64,000 nt of DNA from Sphaerodactylus townsendi (Eukaryota), in contig NC_059434.1 in assembly GCF_021028975.2 (NCBI RefSeq), positions 23,064,001-23,128,000 of the forward strand, read 5' to 3'. The notes below the pieces were generated by a model. The model was not told the origin of the DNA. It saw nothing but the letters and a program-made list of their open reading frames with translations, and made no database searches. This document shows, in pieces, positions 14,301 through 25,734 of the stretch (the stretch's first letter is position 1; each line of letters starts with the position of its first letter). Position numbers and translations under genes: made by a program.

Positions 14301-15099
14301 AGGAAATACAACCGAACCACAGAATATGACAGTCAAAGTGGTACAAATTGGGTTGAACATGGAACATTTTTTCAGTAGTATCTTTAGACAAATTCAATTA
14401 GCTTCTTCTGCTAAGAGACCTCTACATAAAAAGACTTTACATGCCTTTGTAAAAATAGACCGTGCTGCTTCCCTTTGGACTCTTTCCAGCAAATTGTTCC
14501 ATCAGATTGGTCCAGTGGCTTCAGAAAAAATTGCATTTTATTTCTAAGATAGCAACCCTAAATACTTTCCGAGCAAGCCCCAGGTTGCTCCTGTGACTCT
14601 TAATCTTTGCAATTCTCACTTATTTCAATACTCATATCTTGAATACCAGTTTTTAGCTCCTCTACGGTTTTCTATCTTCCCACATTACCATCTTCCCAAG
14701 TGCCTTCCCCCAGTTTTTCTCCCTGAAAGTACTTTTATTCCAAAGCACCGTTGCGAAAAGGACTGTCGCTCTTGTGGATTCCACACAGCATAATCATAAC
14801 CACTTGCAATCGTTCATATGTCGTGTGGAAGGGGGAGAGTCAGCCTGCTTCATGTTTTCACTCTGATCCCTTTGCAGATGAAAATAAGACGCAGCAGGGC
14901 AAAGCCATGGGGGGCGGGGTATTAACGCCATTTCCAAAACTTCATTTTCAAGTTCACCCCTCCTCTTCCCGAGACTAGAAGTTAAACAACACAGGGCACA
15001 GGGTGGAGGTTCCAGGGCACGTCGGAAAAACTCCCGTCTGTTATTCTGTCGTGCTGTTTTAGTTGGTCTCTACGCAGGAGGCATGCCCTGGCTTTCGTT

Positions 15100-15441
15100 G
15101 TTTGCAATCGCCGGTCAAGCTTATTTATGCTTCCGGTTCTCCCTTTGGATGGAGCCCAGCAACTACAATCTCTTGCCCGTGTATGGGGATGGTTTAATCG
15201 AGCTTGCTCTGCGCAATCCTTCAGCATGGGCAAATGTGCGCGCATTGGGACGCCTTTGTTGAAACCCCGCTCCCTTCCCGCCTCCTTCCTTGCTCCCTTC
15301 CATCAGTTTCCGGGGTGGGTTGTGCAGGGCAGGAGTAGTCGCCCTTCGTGCACTTCCGGTTGGAGAAGCGGGACTTCCGGGTGTGTTTCTTGCAACCTCT
15401 TTGCTGTCGATCTCTTCCCCTCTCCCCCCCTATTTTGATCA
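15100..15441 (+). promoter_or_regulatory. OCIAD1: OCIAD1 CpG promoter and 5'UTR
   Basis: CpG-rich; ETS/GABP-type TTCCGG motifs near 15131, 15308, 15354 and 15375; NRF1-like TGCGCGCA near 15237. Typical of nuclear-encoded mitochondrial housekeeping genes. Confidence 0.75.
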
Positions 15442-15504
15442 ATGGAGCCCCACGGGCAGGTTGGGGGAGAATCACAGCGGCCCGACCACGGCGGCCCAGG
15501 CCAG
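15442..15504 (+). CDS. OCIAD1: OCIAD1 coding exon 1 (MEPHGQVGGESQRPDHGGPGQ)
   Basis: ATG at 15442, donor CAG|GTATGC, phase 0, joins in frame to 19531. The N-terminus is poorly conserved, so this exon is less certain. Confidence 0.7.
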
Positions 15505-17859
15505 GTATGCCTTGCTGCGGGTGGGTGTAAGGTTATAGTGTCCCTCCCACCTAAATGTTCATTGGGCACTCACGATCTGGGATTTTTTTTCTTCTTGAAC
15601 TGTTTTAAAGGGGGCGGGGGTGTTGGTTGGTGGACGAAAGAACTGTAATCCCAAACTACCGAATCATGGATTTTTCCGCAAAACAAAAACAACGGATACT
15701 TTCTGCAGATACAGTTTGCATAAGTTGAATTTTGCAAATATATTTTTCATAAGGTGAATAGGACCTAGAGATGTACTACAGAAATAATGTGTCACACGTA
15801 CTGCTTTTGCCTACATAATAGTTCTGTTTATCCTATGGGATTAGTTTTATTGTGGTACATTCCTTTGCAAAGTCGCTCTGACCTAAGCCTATTGACTTCA
15901 ACTGGTTTAGACTTGAGCAACTTTGCATAGGTTTACAAAGAGGCAACTTAAAGGCTCTCAGACTTCTTCTGCATCTAAAGAACCAGAGTAGTACACCTGC
16001 TTTAGACTAACTAGAATATGATAAAGTGCCAAAGAAGCTTTTGAGTTCACATCAGGTTAGATGCTAAGCAAGAAAAAAATACAAGTGAGTGAAAAATTAT
16101 GCTGATGTGATGTACAAACTGCTGTCTGAAGCCTTGAACTGGAAGGGAAGAGATATTACACAGACCAGTGCAGTACTACACAGAGAGTTACAACCCTTTG
16201 TGAAGGGTGAAGTCCACTAAACTTTGTTTAGGTTGGCACTGTTACTTAGGTTAGGTGTGTTCAGTCAAAATTAATCTCCAGTTGCACAAAAGGAGTTTGT
16301 TGGGACAAAGAACACTGCCCTTTTCTGACTGTAAAAGCCAAAGAGCACTTAATGGGATGTGCTCTGGTGTTTAGTGGATCGCACAAGTCTCTTGTCAAAC
16401 AAGTTTGTTGTATGTAGACAAATACAACAGTCCTTTGCAAAGCTATATCCAGGGCCAAAACTACAAGCCATATCCCACCTCCAACCCCTGTTGGGAGTTT
16501 TCTTTTTATGACTGACTTGAGTCACAGAATCCCAATATAACATCTAGTCTGTACCTAGTGCAACACCTAAACTAGGACCAGGGTCGGGTAGTGTTACTGA
16601 TGGGTTGAAAGGAAAATGCCTAATAAATGCCAAGTCCCGCTATCAGATGGAATCAGGTCAGATCCATTTGGTTCTGGGATCCCCTTCTTGGATAGTCAAA
16701 TATAGCATTCTTCAAAGCAGATAAAAATTGTAGGTCCACTTGGGGGAAAAGTCCAAAAAACCTCACAAAAATCACAGAAGCAGATCTTTGTTAGGATGAA
16801 CTGAAGTACATTGCATGCCAGAAGTCTTCTTTGGGTTGTATGTAATTCTCAGAAACCTATGTTGCATGTTTACCTTGTTCTCTTACGATCCTGTTTGTGT
16901 TTACTGCATTCCCTCATAACCATATCATCTTAGGAAAGGGTTGCAATAACAGGAAAATTCTTTTGTTAGTGTTGGAAGAATTATTTTGGAGGCAGGTACG
17001 ACATTTATGTAGAGGTGGCAACTATAGTCTGAATGGGCCGTTTCTGTGGGTGTCTGGTTATCCAGAGGACAGTTCCTGGCAAAAAAACCCCACCCCTATT
17101 ATCTTGCCCTCATCACTTTTGAAAAAACCCACATGGAAGGTACATTCTGATGTGACAATGGTAATTAAAGATTTGATAAGTATATTTTCCCACTTGAGTA
17201 CATGCTGCTAGATCACCCAGCAGCAAAAAAAAAAAAAAAAATTGCACAAAGACTTGTAGTTTGCAGAATTAACAATAGTTTTATAGTTTCCAATTTTGCA
17301 CCAGTGTTGTATTGCTAAGGATCAACAGCTGTATACTAGTCACAGAGATTAGGTTACACAAATAAAATCAGCCAAATATTCATTATGAGGTATACACAAA
17401 TAGCCAATTAAAATACTATACATCCTTCATATGATTCTGTTGACCTCAACTATGTATGCTGCATTGTTACAGCTTTTGTAAAACTAGACCTGCATTGTTA
17501 CAGCTTTTGTAGACCTGTAGTATTTTTAATTGGTTATTTGTGTACACCTTACTATAAATATTTGGTTGTTTTTATTTGTGTAACTTAACTATTGTGCATA
17601 GTATATGTTGAGTTAGGGTTGAGTTTGTTTCCTCTTTTCCCTTCTGGTAAGAATCAACAACCTCAAAGAAGTATCTCTGACTGGACAAAAAATTCTACAC
17701 CAGCGAGAAAAATATGTGCTTTCATCTCTATGATAAATTATGGTTGGATAGATGAAGCATATATTTAAACAGTATCTTTTAAAATATATTTCAAGTCCTA
17801 AAGAGCATGTTCCTGGTAGACTCACAGCTCTTTTTGATAATTGTTCTCTCTCTCTAGAT

Positions 17860-18007
17860 CAGGGGTAGGGAACCTGCGGCTCTCCAGATGTTCAGGAACT
17901 ACAATTCCCATCAGCCTCTGTCAGCATGGCCAATTGGCCATGCTGGTAGGGGCTGATGGGAATTGTAGTTCCTGAACATCTGGAGAGCCACAGGTTCCCT
18001 ACCCCTG
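17860..18007. mobile_element. Palindromic 148-bp hAT (Charlie-type) MITE
   Basis: CAGGGGT...ACCCCTG termini, near-perfect full-length palindrome, exact 8-bp TSD CTCTAGAT. Confidence 0.9.
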
Positions 18008-19530
18008 CTCTAGATGATGAGCAGGTGTTCATAAGAGAATATCCCTGTGATACAAGCTGTTCTATGGAATGACATATTTTGTAGCTGCAGATAGTCTTAG
18101 ATGACAATGGAAAGATGCAGTTCACATTTAATTTACACATATTAATGGACAGACATGCAATATGTACCCAAAGTTCTTGAGGAAGGAAATATTCCTTCAT
18201 AACCTATAGGCCAAATTAAGTATCAAACACTGCATGTCCAAGCTGACAAGCCCGCTGGTTCTATACCAGTTTCGTGGAAATATTAAATCCACTTTTTCAG
18301 CATTGATTATAGGTTCTGGCCCACAATTTTCCAGGGATCACAGTGTAATAAAATATCCTTCAGCCATCCTTGGAAGTCTCATTTAATAAATTTAAAAAAG
18401 GATTGGAAAGACATATTCCAAGTATATCACACCGCATTATCAAACAGCTTGTACTGGATTGGATTGTTCGACGAAACTGGGTTTTGTCAGATCACCCAAG
18501 AAGCGCTCATAAAATTGAAGGCAAGAACCTATAATCAAAGCTGAAGAAGTGGGTTTAATGTTTCCACAAAATGGGCTTCGAACCAGGAGGCTCCAACTAC
18601 TTGAACATTCAATGTTTGGATTCTCAGTTTGGATTATAAGTTTTAAAGGGATCTTTCCTTCCCCTTTAACTTCATATTGCATGTGTGTCCGTTTCTAGGT
18701 ATATATTAAATGTGCAGTTGCATCTTTGCTTTGTCATGTAGCCCACAGTATAGTTTATAATTCTTCTGGGGGTCTGATTTGACAGCCCTATGCCTGTTTT
18801 TGTTTTATTTACATTTTGTAGCCAGTCATTTTGTACCTGACAGGCAGCAAAGTGCTTTACACGGACAAGACTTTGGACTCTTCACATCGCAAACTGCTTT
18901 TGAGGCCTCTTTCCTTTCAAAAGCGGTTTGCCCTGCAGCATAACGCACTGCTGTTAGACAATACAGAGTTCCTGTTTGAACTAGTCATGTGGTTTTTGCA
19001 GCTGCCTCTGGCAGGATCCTGAAGAGGTGGCTTAAAATTTTCCCAAATAAATTAATACAGTTTGTAAATATGGCCTGGACTTTCATACCATGGGGTTATG
19101 ATCTTTAGTTAATACAATAATATAACTGTCGTACAGTTTCCCAAAAGAAAAGGAAAAGCCAAGGAGTCGAAACCTGGCAAATTCCTAATGGCACAAGCAT
19201 TTGTGAGTCGTTCCTACTTTGTGAATGCCATGAATTGCTCTATATATATACCCAGGTGAGGGGGGGAAACCCAAGTGAGTCCAAAAGGCTCAGAAAATGC
19301 AAGAATCAGTAATGTTACAATTCTATGTATTATACCAAGGTGTTATATTATATCAATGAACATGGTGTTATATCATGTATTATATCAGTGAACATGGTGT
19401 TAGCTTTCCTGAAATATCATCTCACTTTCATGTACATGGAAAACCTTGGCAAGCATTTGTGTTGAATCTTTCATTGTATTTCTAAGATCTATCACACAGT
19501 AAACTTCTTTTTTCTAAAAAAAAAAAAAAG

Positions 19531-19615
19531 AGGTCAATAGATGTGCATTATATACCAACGGAAGATGAACGGAGAATCTTCAAAGAATGCAACGAGGAAA
19601 GCTTCTGGTACAGAT
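19531..19615 (+). CDS. OCIAD1: OCIAD1 coding exon 2 (RSIDVHYIPTEDERRIFKECNEESFWYR)
   Basis: Matches the OCIA-domain start YIPTEEERRVFAECNDESFWFR. Donor T|GTAAGT. Acceptor taken as the first AG after the pyrimidine tract. Confidence 0.93.
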
Positions 19616-20069
19616 GTAAGTGAAAGGTGTCCGTTTTTCTTTTCCTTTTTGAATTCCTGGCTTTGTCTTCATTGCGTTCTGTGGTCTGTGCTGCGCAGAA
19701 GTTGCACAGTTGGTGCCGGGAGTTGCAAGCAGTGGGCTGAATTAGCAGCAGCCTACGAAAGAAAATTCGCATAATTCTAAAGGCGTGCCATGCAGTAGTG
19801 TTTTAAAACAGTCTTGTGTGAGGTTCAGACACCCGGCCATTACAGAGATAATTAAAGGGTTACTTTCCCCATTCAGAGTAACATACGTGATTATCCCGAG
19901 CAGTTACATCACCCAGTCTCCTAGACATGGCCTTGATTGACTTGCACTGTAACAAAGGATGCTGGGATGCAACTCCATGCTTGTGATGGGAGATGCAAAG
20001 TACCAATTCTGCAAGGGAGCTAACGAAGTGGTAGGTCATGTGGAGCTGCTGCAGAAAGATCGCCCAGAT

Positions 20070-20217
20070 CAGGGGTCTGCAACCTGCGGCTCTCCAGATG
20101 TTCATGGACTACAAATCCCATCAGCCCCTGCTAGCATGGCCAATTGGCCATGCTGGCAGGGGCTGATGGGATTTGTAGTCCATGAACATCTGGAGAGCAG
20201 CAGGTTGCAGACCCCTG
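20070..20217. mobile_element. Palindromic hAT MITE (same family as 17860)
   Basis: CAGGGGTCTGCAACC termini, palindromic, imperfect 8-bp TSD. Confidence 0.88.
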
Positions 20218-20278
20218 GTCCAGACTGAGTACAAACAGAGGCACAACTCCACAGCATCTGCTGTCATGGTATTGCAAT

Positions 20279-21362
20279 CACAAGTAGATACTGTAAAACA
20301 ACTTCTCAGTCAAAAGACTGTAAATTTAAACGCACACTGAAACGGAATTAGTGTTGACTAAATACTGTAACCAGATGTATTGTCGAAGGCTTTCATGGCT
20401 GGAATCACTAGGGTGTTGTGGGTTTTCTGGGTTGTATGGCCGTGTTCCGGTAGTATTTTCTCCTGACGTTTTGCCTTCATCTGTGGCTGGCATCTTCAGA
20501 GGATCACAGTCACATGACTGTGTTTACATACAGATCCATGTGGTGCACATCTGGCAGTGTGTGCAAGTACTACCATTATTCTATATGATGTATTGTCAAA
20601 GGCTTTCACGGCCAGAATCAACTGTCTGTTGTGGGTTGTGTGGCCATGGTCGGTAATTTTTGCTCCTAATGTCTCAGCCAAATCTATGGATGGCATCTTC
20701 AGAGGCATGTCACAGTAAGATGTGTTTGTCTCTGTGGCACATCTTAACGTGACATACCTCCAAAAATGCCACAGATGCAGGTGAAACGTCAGGAGAAAGT
20801 GATACCGGAACACAGCCGTACAACCCAGAAAACCCACAACTCCCTACTGTATCCAGATGTTAAAGAAGTGTAAATAAACAGACTTCAGCTCTTCAGTTAA
20901 GTTCTGAGTTATTAAACAAGGGACTGTTAACAAAAAAGGAAAACTGCACAACGTGTGTTCAAGATTAAACAAATAGAACTCAAAACAATCCCACGAACAA
21001 ACCAGAACCTGGATGCAGCCACACCTTATGCTCTGAGTGGCGATTAGAAACCCAGTCATCCCACGCTGTCAACAATGCACGTTATAAACGATAGCTATTC
21101 ATTCGGCAATGAAAATATTTACAAGTATTCGATATTGTAATAATCGGTTCAACTCGCTCTAAAAGAAGAAAGGCTTTCCTTTTTTGTCAACAGTTCCTTG
21201 TAATGTAAGAAACCACTCAGAACTTTCATGGAAGGGTTGCAGTCTATTTATTTACAGTTTCTAACATCTGGTTACAGTGTCTAGTCGACACTCATTCTGT
21301 TCCAATGTGTGTTTAAATTTACATCTTTTGAGTGAGAAGCTGCTGTACAGTATCTACTTGTG
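20279..21362. mobile_element. Old non-autonomous DNA element with about 190-bp inverted arms (CACAAGTAGA termini), left arm split by a Penelope insertion
   Basis: 20279-20378 plus 20861-20945 is the reverse complement of about 21175-21362. Flanked by AT/AT. Confidence 0.65.
20379..20844. mobile_element. Penelope-like pseudo-LTR array (two minus units, one plus unit) with decayed hammerhead motifs
   Basis: CTGAAGATGCC...GAAACGTCAGGAG-type units; 16-bp TSD TACTGTA(A/T)CCAGATGT at 20363 and 20845. Confidence 0.75.
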
Positions 21363-22150
21363 ATAACAGTTTTCTATACCTCCCCACTGTATAGCAATTA
21401 TTGTTGTGGTATTACAAGGCAGCCTCATGTTGCAGACTAGGTTCGTTGCATTTCTGTCCTTCCTCAAGGAAAGTTCCAGATGGAACACAAAAGGGGTTAT
21501 TTTCTTTATAGCAACCACTTGCTCAAACTCAGCAGGTCTTTCATGACTGAACTGGAGCCGGACTCTGATGACCCCTGTTGTCTAAGTCAAGCATTTTGCT
21601 CACAGTCTTAGAACACAAGCACCTCTAATATGGATGCACAAGTACATTGCTCAGTATCATTCTGCTTTCTCCTGTAAGGGTGGCTGTTGCACCTGGCTTT
21701 GTGATGATGCAATGGGACTGGATCGACTTGCCAAAGCCTTCATTCAAGATAGTGAGAATGTAAAGCTTTGAGTCCAGTCAGCCTTGCTTAGGAAATCCAT
21801 GCCAATGGGAAAAATAAACTGAGTTTTTCAGACACAAAAATAAAAATGAGCATTTTAAAAAAGGAATGGGTCACTTCATGCTTGTATGTGTACTTGCAAG
21901 GACTTGAAACTTTTAAATGGAAGGCAGCATTCTTTATTTAAAAAAAAAAACAGACTTGAGCCTTGCCAAAGTATATGATAGACTGCACGTTGTACCTGTT
22001 TAAAAATACAGTGTCACCTCTGCAGGATTCCTTAACTATTAGAGTTGGCATTTCTGCTGATGTTCCCTGTCCTTTTTTTAAAAAGGTGGGATAGTGGCTC
22101 TGATAAATATTCATCATAAAAACAAATACTGTTCTTTCCTTGCTTTGTAG

Positions 22151-22204
22151 CTGTGCCGTTGTCTACTATCAGCATGCTGGTCACTCAGATGTTAATTAAG
22201 AAAG
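22151..22204 (+). CDS. OCIAD1: OCIAD1 coding exon 3 (SVPLSTISMLVTQMLIKK)
   Basis: 54 nt, TTTGTAG acceptor, G|GTAAGC donor; matches SVPLAATSMLITQGLISKG. Confidence 0.96.
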
Positions 22205-22224
22205 GTAAGCCTCAAATAACAAGC

Positions 22225-22485
22225 CTCATAGTGGTAAGCTGCGAAATGCAGTCCAAGCTCTGCCCCTGACCTGAGTTCGATTCCGCTGCAAGTCGGTTTC
22301 AGGGAGCTGGCTCAAGCTGACTCAGCCTTCCATCCTTCTCAGGTTGGTCAAATGAGCACCCAGCTTGCTGGGGGTAAAGTGGGGAAGACAGTGTAAATAT
22401 ATTCTGCCTAGTAAATATTGTGATGTGATGTCACCCCATGGGTCTGTAGTGAGCCAGTTCTTGCACAGAGGACTATATCTTTTTA
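22225..22485 (+). mobile_element. Sauria SINE
   Basis: tRNA-like head (GAGTTCGATTCC B box) and characteristic core GACTCAGCCTTCCATCCTT...CCCAGCTTGCTGGGGG. Confidence 0.8.
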
Positions 22486-23105
22486 AAACCTCAGATAATT
22501 TGAATGAATTTATCCATAATGTGTCTGTAGTAGTATTTAGAAATCAGGTAACATGGAAGAGATGCAGATGGGAGGGAAAACAAAGCAGCTCAAACTGTGG
22601 TATTAAATTGGGGGAAACTTGAAAATCAATGAACTTGTAAATCAATCTATAAAATATTTGGGATCCTAATGATAGCTGCCCAGAGCATAGAGTAATGCAG
22701 ACAGTACACGACACTGTTGCAGGTTTAATTGAGTTATAATATGTGATATTCTTGAGTGCTATTAGAAGCTGATGCTCCAGTCCAGCAATCTTATTTGTGC
22801 ATAGTAGTCCCTAGTAGAACAGTTTCTCCGTGCTTTTCAGTGAAGATAATGTGTTACTTGGCATATGTGGATCTGCTCTTTATGTTGAGATGATTACACT
22901 ACACTCCATGCATAGCTCTATCTAGATCAGGGCATGGTATTAATTAGCTACCTTACTTTAGAAAGCCATAGAAGATAAGGACATCCCTCCCTTCTATGGC
23001 TTTCTAAAGCAAGCTAGCTAATTCTAAGGTTTGCTTCATTCCACCCCTTCCTCTTTCCCCTTCCTGGGCATAGCTGTTAAATCCTTTGATCACTGTGCCT
23101 AAAGT

Positions 23106-23225
23106 GTGTAACAGACTTCCCGCTGTGATACACCTCTGAAGATGCCAGCCACAGATGCAGGCCAAACATTATTAACAAGATCCACCAGACCACGGCCACA
23201 CAACCCAGAAAACCCACCCGAACCA
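23106..23225 (+). mobile_element. Penelope-like pseudo-LTR fragment with mutated hammerhead
   Basis: CTGAAGATGCCAGCCACAGATGCAGGC followed by CAAAC (GAAA mutated); exact 14-bp TSD ACTGTGCCTAAAGT. Confidence 0.75.
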
Positions 23226-23326
23226 ACTGTGCCTAAAGTTCATCAGCAAGGACATTAAAAGCTGGATGCTGTTCTGGTTGATTTTTAGTTCATATTTTAA
23301 ACTGTTGTTGCTCTTTTTGTTTTCAG

Positions 23327-23374
23327 GCACTCTTACTGCACATTCAAGATTTGGCTCTCTTCCAAAAGTTGCAT
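23327..23374 (+). CDS. OCIAD1: OCIAD1 coding exon 4 (GTLTAHSRFGSLPKVA)
   Basis: 48 nt, TTTCAG acceptor, T|GTGAGT donor; FGSLPK OCIA motif. Confidence 0.96.
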
Positions 23375-24054
23375 GTGAGTTGGAATCCTATGCCACAGTT
23401 CCATTTTACTTAAAGGATCATGGTTGAGATGTAGGGTCGTCACTAGATCCATGACAGCGACTGTAAGCTTTTGAACAATCCCATGGCAGGCATGGGGGAG
23501 GGGGTCTTCTTTTTGATGGCGTCTTGAAATTATAGCTTGAGCATGGGCAACAATAACATGTTCTTGTAAAAGCACTAGCAAAGGGCTCTCAGAAATGAAT
23601 GGATATCAATAGCGCATCTATTGCAAGAAGTGGGGAAAATCCTAAGTTTTCTCTGCTCTAGAGCAGAGCTCAATGAACTTCTTCCATTCAAGCATCTAAA
23701 GGTAAATGAATGTGATGGGCAGCTGTGCAGGTGTCTCCCTCCTTGTCAGGCCTCAACATGTACAGGGAAGAAGTGGAGGAAACAAATATTCAGTAACGTG
23801 AGGTGGTATCCAACTGAAAGAAACCATTTCCAGTGAAAGAAAGCATTCCCACTCTCCTAATGCCAAATCTTCAAGATACAGATGTTACTACCAGGGACTG
23901 GGGTGGATTTGGGATGGAGTTTCCTCCTCCATAAGAAATCTACAATGCAGTCCTATTCAGAGTTACTCCAGATTGAGCCCAATGGGCTTTAGGAAGTACT
24001 CGTCACTCTGCTAGACAGTTGTAAAAGATTGCAAGCATTGCTAAGAAATAATGG

Positions 24055-24350
24055 AAGAAGAACAGTTGGATTTATATCCCCCCTTTCTCTCCTGTAAGGA
24101 GCCCCCAAAGAGCTTACAAACTCCTTTCTTTCCCCTCCACAACAAACACCCTGTGAGGTGGGTGGGCTGAGAGAGCTCAGAAAAACTGTGACTAGCCCAA
24201 GGTCACCCAGCTGGCGTGTGTTGGAGTGCACAAGCTAATCTGAATTCCTCAGATAAACCTCCACAGCACAAGCAGCAGAGTGAAGAATCAACCCCGGTTC
24301 CTCCAGATTAGAGTACACCTGCCTTTAACCACTATGCCACTTCTGCTCCC
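24055..24350 (-). mobile_element. tRNA-derived Squam3-like SINE
   Basis: Minus-strand A box (GTGGCATAGTGG), B-box-like motif and (CTT)n tail; similar to copies at 25735, 30789 and 51462. Confidence 0.75.
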
Positions 24351-24645
24351 ATAATGTGGAGATTTCACATTATGCTTATAAAGCAAGTGAAACACACACA
24401 CACCTCCTATCAGATGTATCTGGTGCTGACTTGTTTTTTAATTCCTTCCTTCAGTTGAAAACCTGTTGAAAAACAATAAGCAAGTTTTATAGCTCAAAGC
24501 CAAACTTGTCCTGCTGTATATGTTTGGATAATGTAATTTCATTTTCAGTTATTATGCTTTTAAAACATATTTTAAATGTTGCACTGTAAATATTACACAC
24601 TCTGAAATGGCTTAAATAAGTGTTCTTTCTTCCTTTGCAAACTAG

Positions 24646-24772
24646 TTGCTGGATTATGTGGCTACATTGGTGGAAAACTTTCCTATATGAAAGCATGCCA
24701 AGAGAAGTTTAGGAAATCGGAGAATTCACCACTGGGAGAAGCTCTAAGGCAACGTAGACCCATTTCACCTGA
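24646..24772 (+). CDS. OCIAD1: OCIAD1 coding exon 5 (FAGLCGYIGGKLSYMKACQEKFRKSENSPLGEALRQRRPISP)
   Basis: GKLSY..CQEKF..ENSPLGEALR motif; TAG acceptor, GA|GTAAGA donor, phase 1 to 2. Confidence 0.96.
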
Positions 24773-25000
24773 GTAAGATTTTTGTTGCTCATTTCTGTTT
24801 AAGTCTGTAAGAAACTCCCTTAAATTTTAACACCAGGCCTTCCTCCTTCCTGGAAGTGTGGGGGGTGATTTTTCCGCCCTTCCCACGTGACTCCCAAGGG
24901 GGCACCAGGGCGTTTGTCCTCAGATGTCTCCGTGGCAGCTACACCTATGTTAAAACGTCTACATAATAAAGTCACGACTCCTTTGTTTGTGCCCTATATA

Positions 25001-25285
25001 AAAAAAAGGTAAAGTTTCCCCTTCAGCTGTGTTCGACCCTGGGGTACCACTGCAAGCAGTGATTTTATATGCAAGCCGTTTTTGTGGGGTAGTTTGCCAT
25101 TGCTTTCCCTGGGTATTCTTTCCCCCCTAGCTATGAGCTAGGTACTCATTTACCGACTAAGAAATGGATGGATGGCTGAGTTGACCATGAGCCAGCTGCC
25201 AGGATATCTGACCCACAGGGGGCTCGAACTCCTGACCATGTGAATGGCAGTGCAAGCAATTAACCACTATGCCACGCGGCTCCTA
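25001..25285 (-). mobile_element. Sauria-type SINE
   Basis: Minus-strand tRNA head, Sauria core and ACCTTT tail; 12-bp TSD GTGCCCT(A/G)TATA. Confidence 0.75.
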
Positions 25286-25489
25286 GTGCCCTGTATAGTG
25301 TACTCATTAATCCCTCCCCACATTTCCATTCTTTCCCTTCACATTTTTGCTTTCCTCCTCAGGTAATTTAACAAAGTTGTCACAGCTACCACAGGCTTCA
25401 GTTCGTTATTGTTCTGGGTGGGGTTGAAGTAAGGGCAACGTTGAAAAAACAAAGGGTTCAAGAAATTGTTGCAACTGATCTCTTTTCAG

Positions 25490-25695
25490 ATATTATTCTC
25501 AGAAACAAGAATTCTCAAACATGCCTTCCTCATCACCGTTTGAAATGCCTCCAGCAACAGAAGCACCACTTTCTTCCATGTACTCTGGGGAGAATCGTCG
25601 ATCGGAATATTCTAACTCTGAATATGAACCAGTCCCTTTTAGTTCTTCCATGAATGAATCTACCCCTACTGGAATCACAGACAGTGTCCCTCAAG
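25490..25695 (+). CDS. OCIAD1: OCIAD1 coding exon 6 (YYSQKQEF...YEPVPFSSSMNESTPTGITDSVPQ)
   Basis: Matches YEPIPFSSSMNESAPTGITD; TTTCAG acceptor, G|GTAGAG donor, phase 2 to 1. Confidence 0.95.
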
Positions 25696-25734
25696 GTAGA
25701 GTTTGTTTTGAGCCATGTCTTCTGTTCAAAGACT

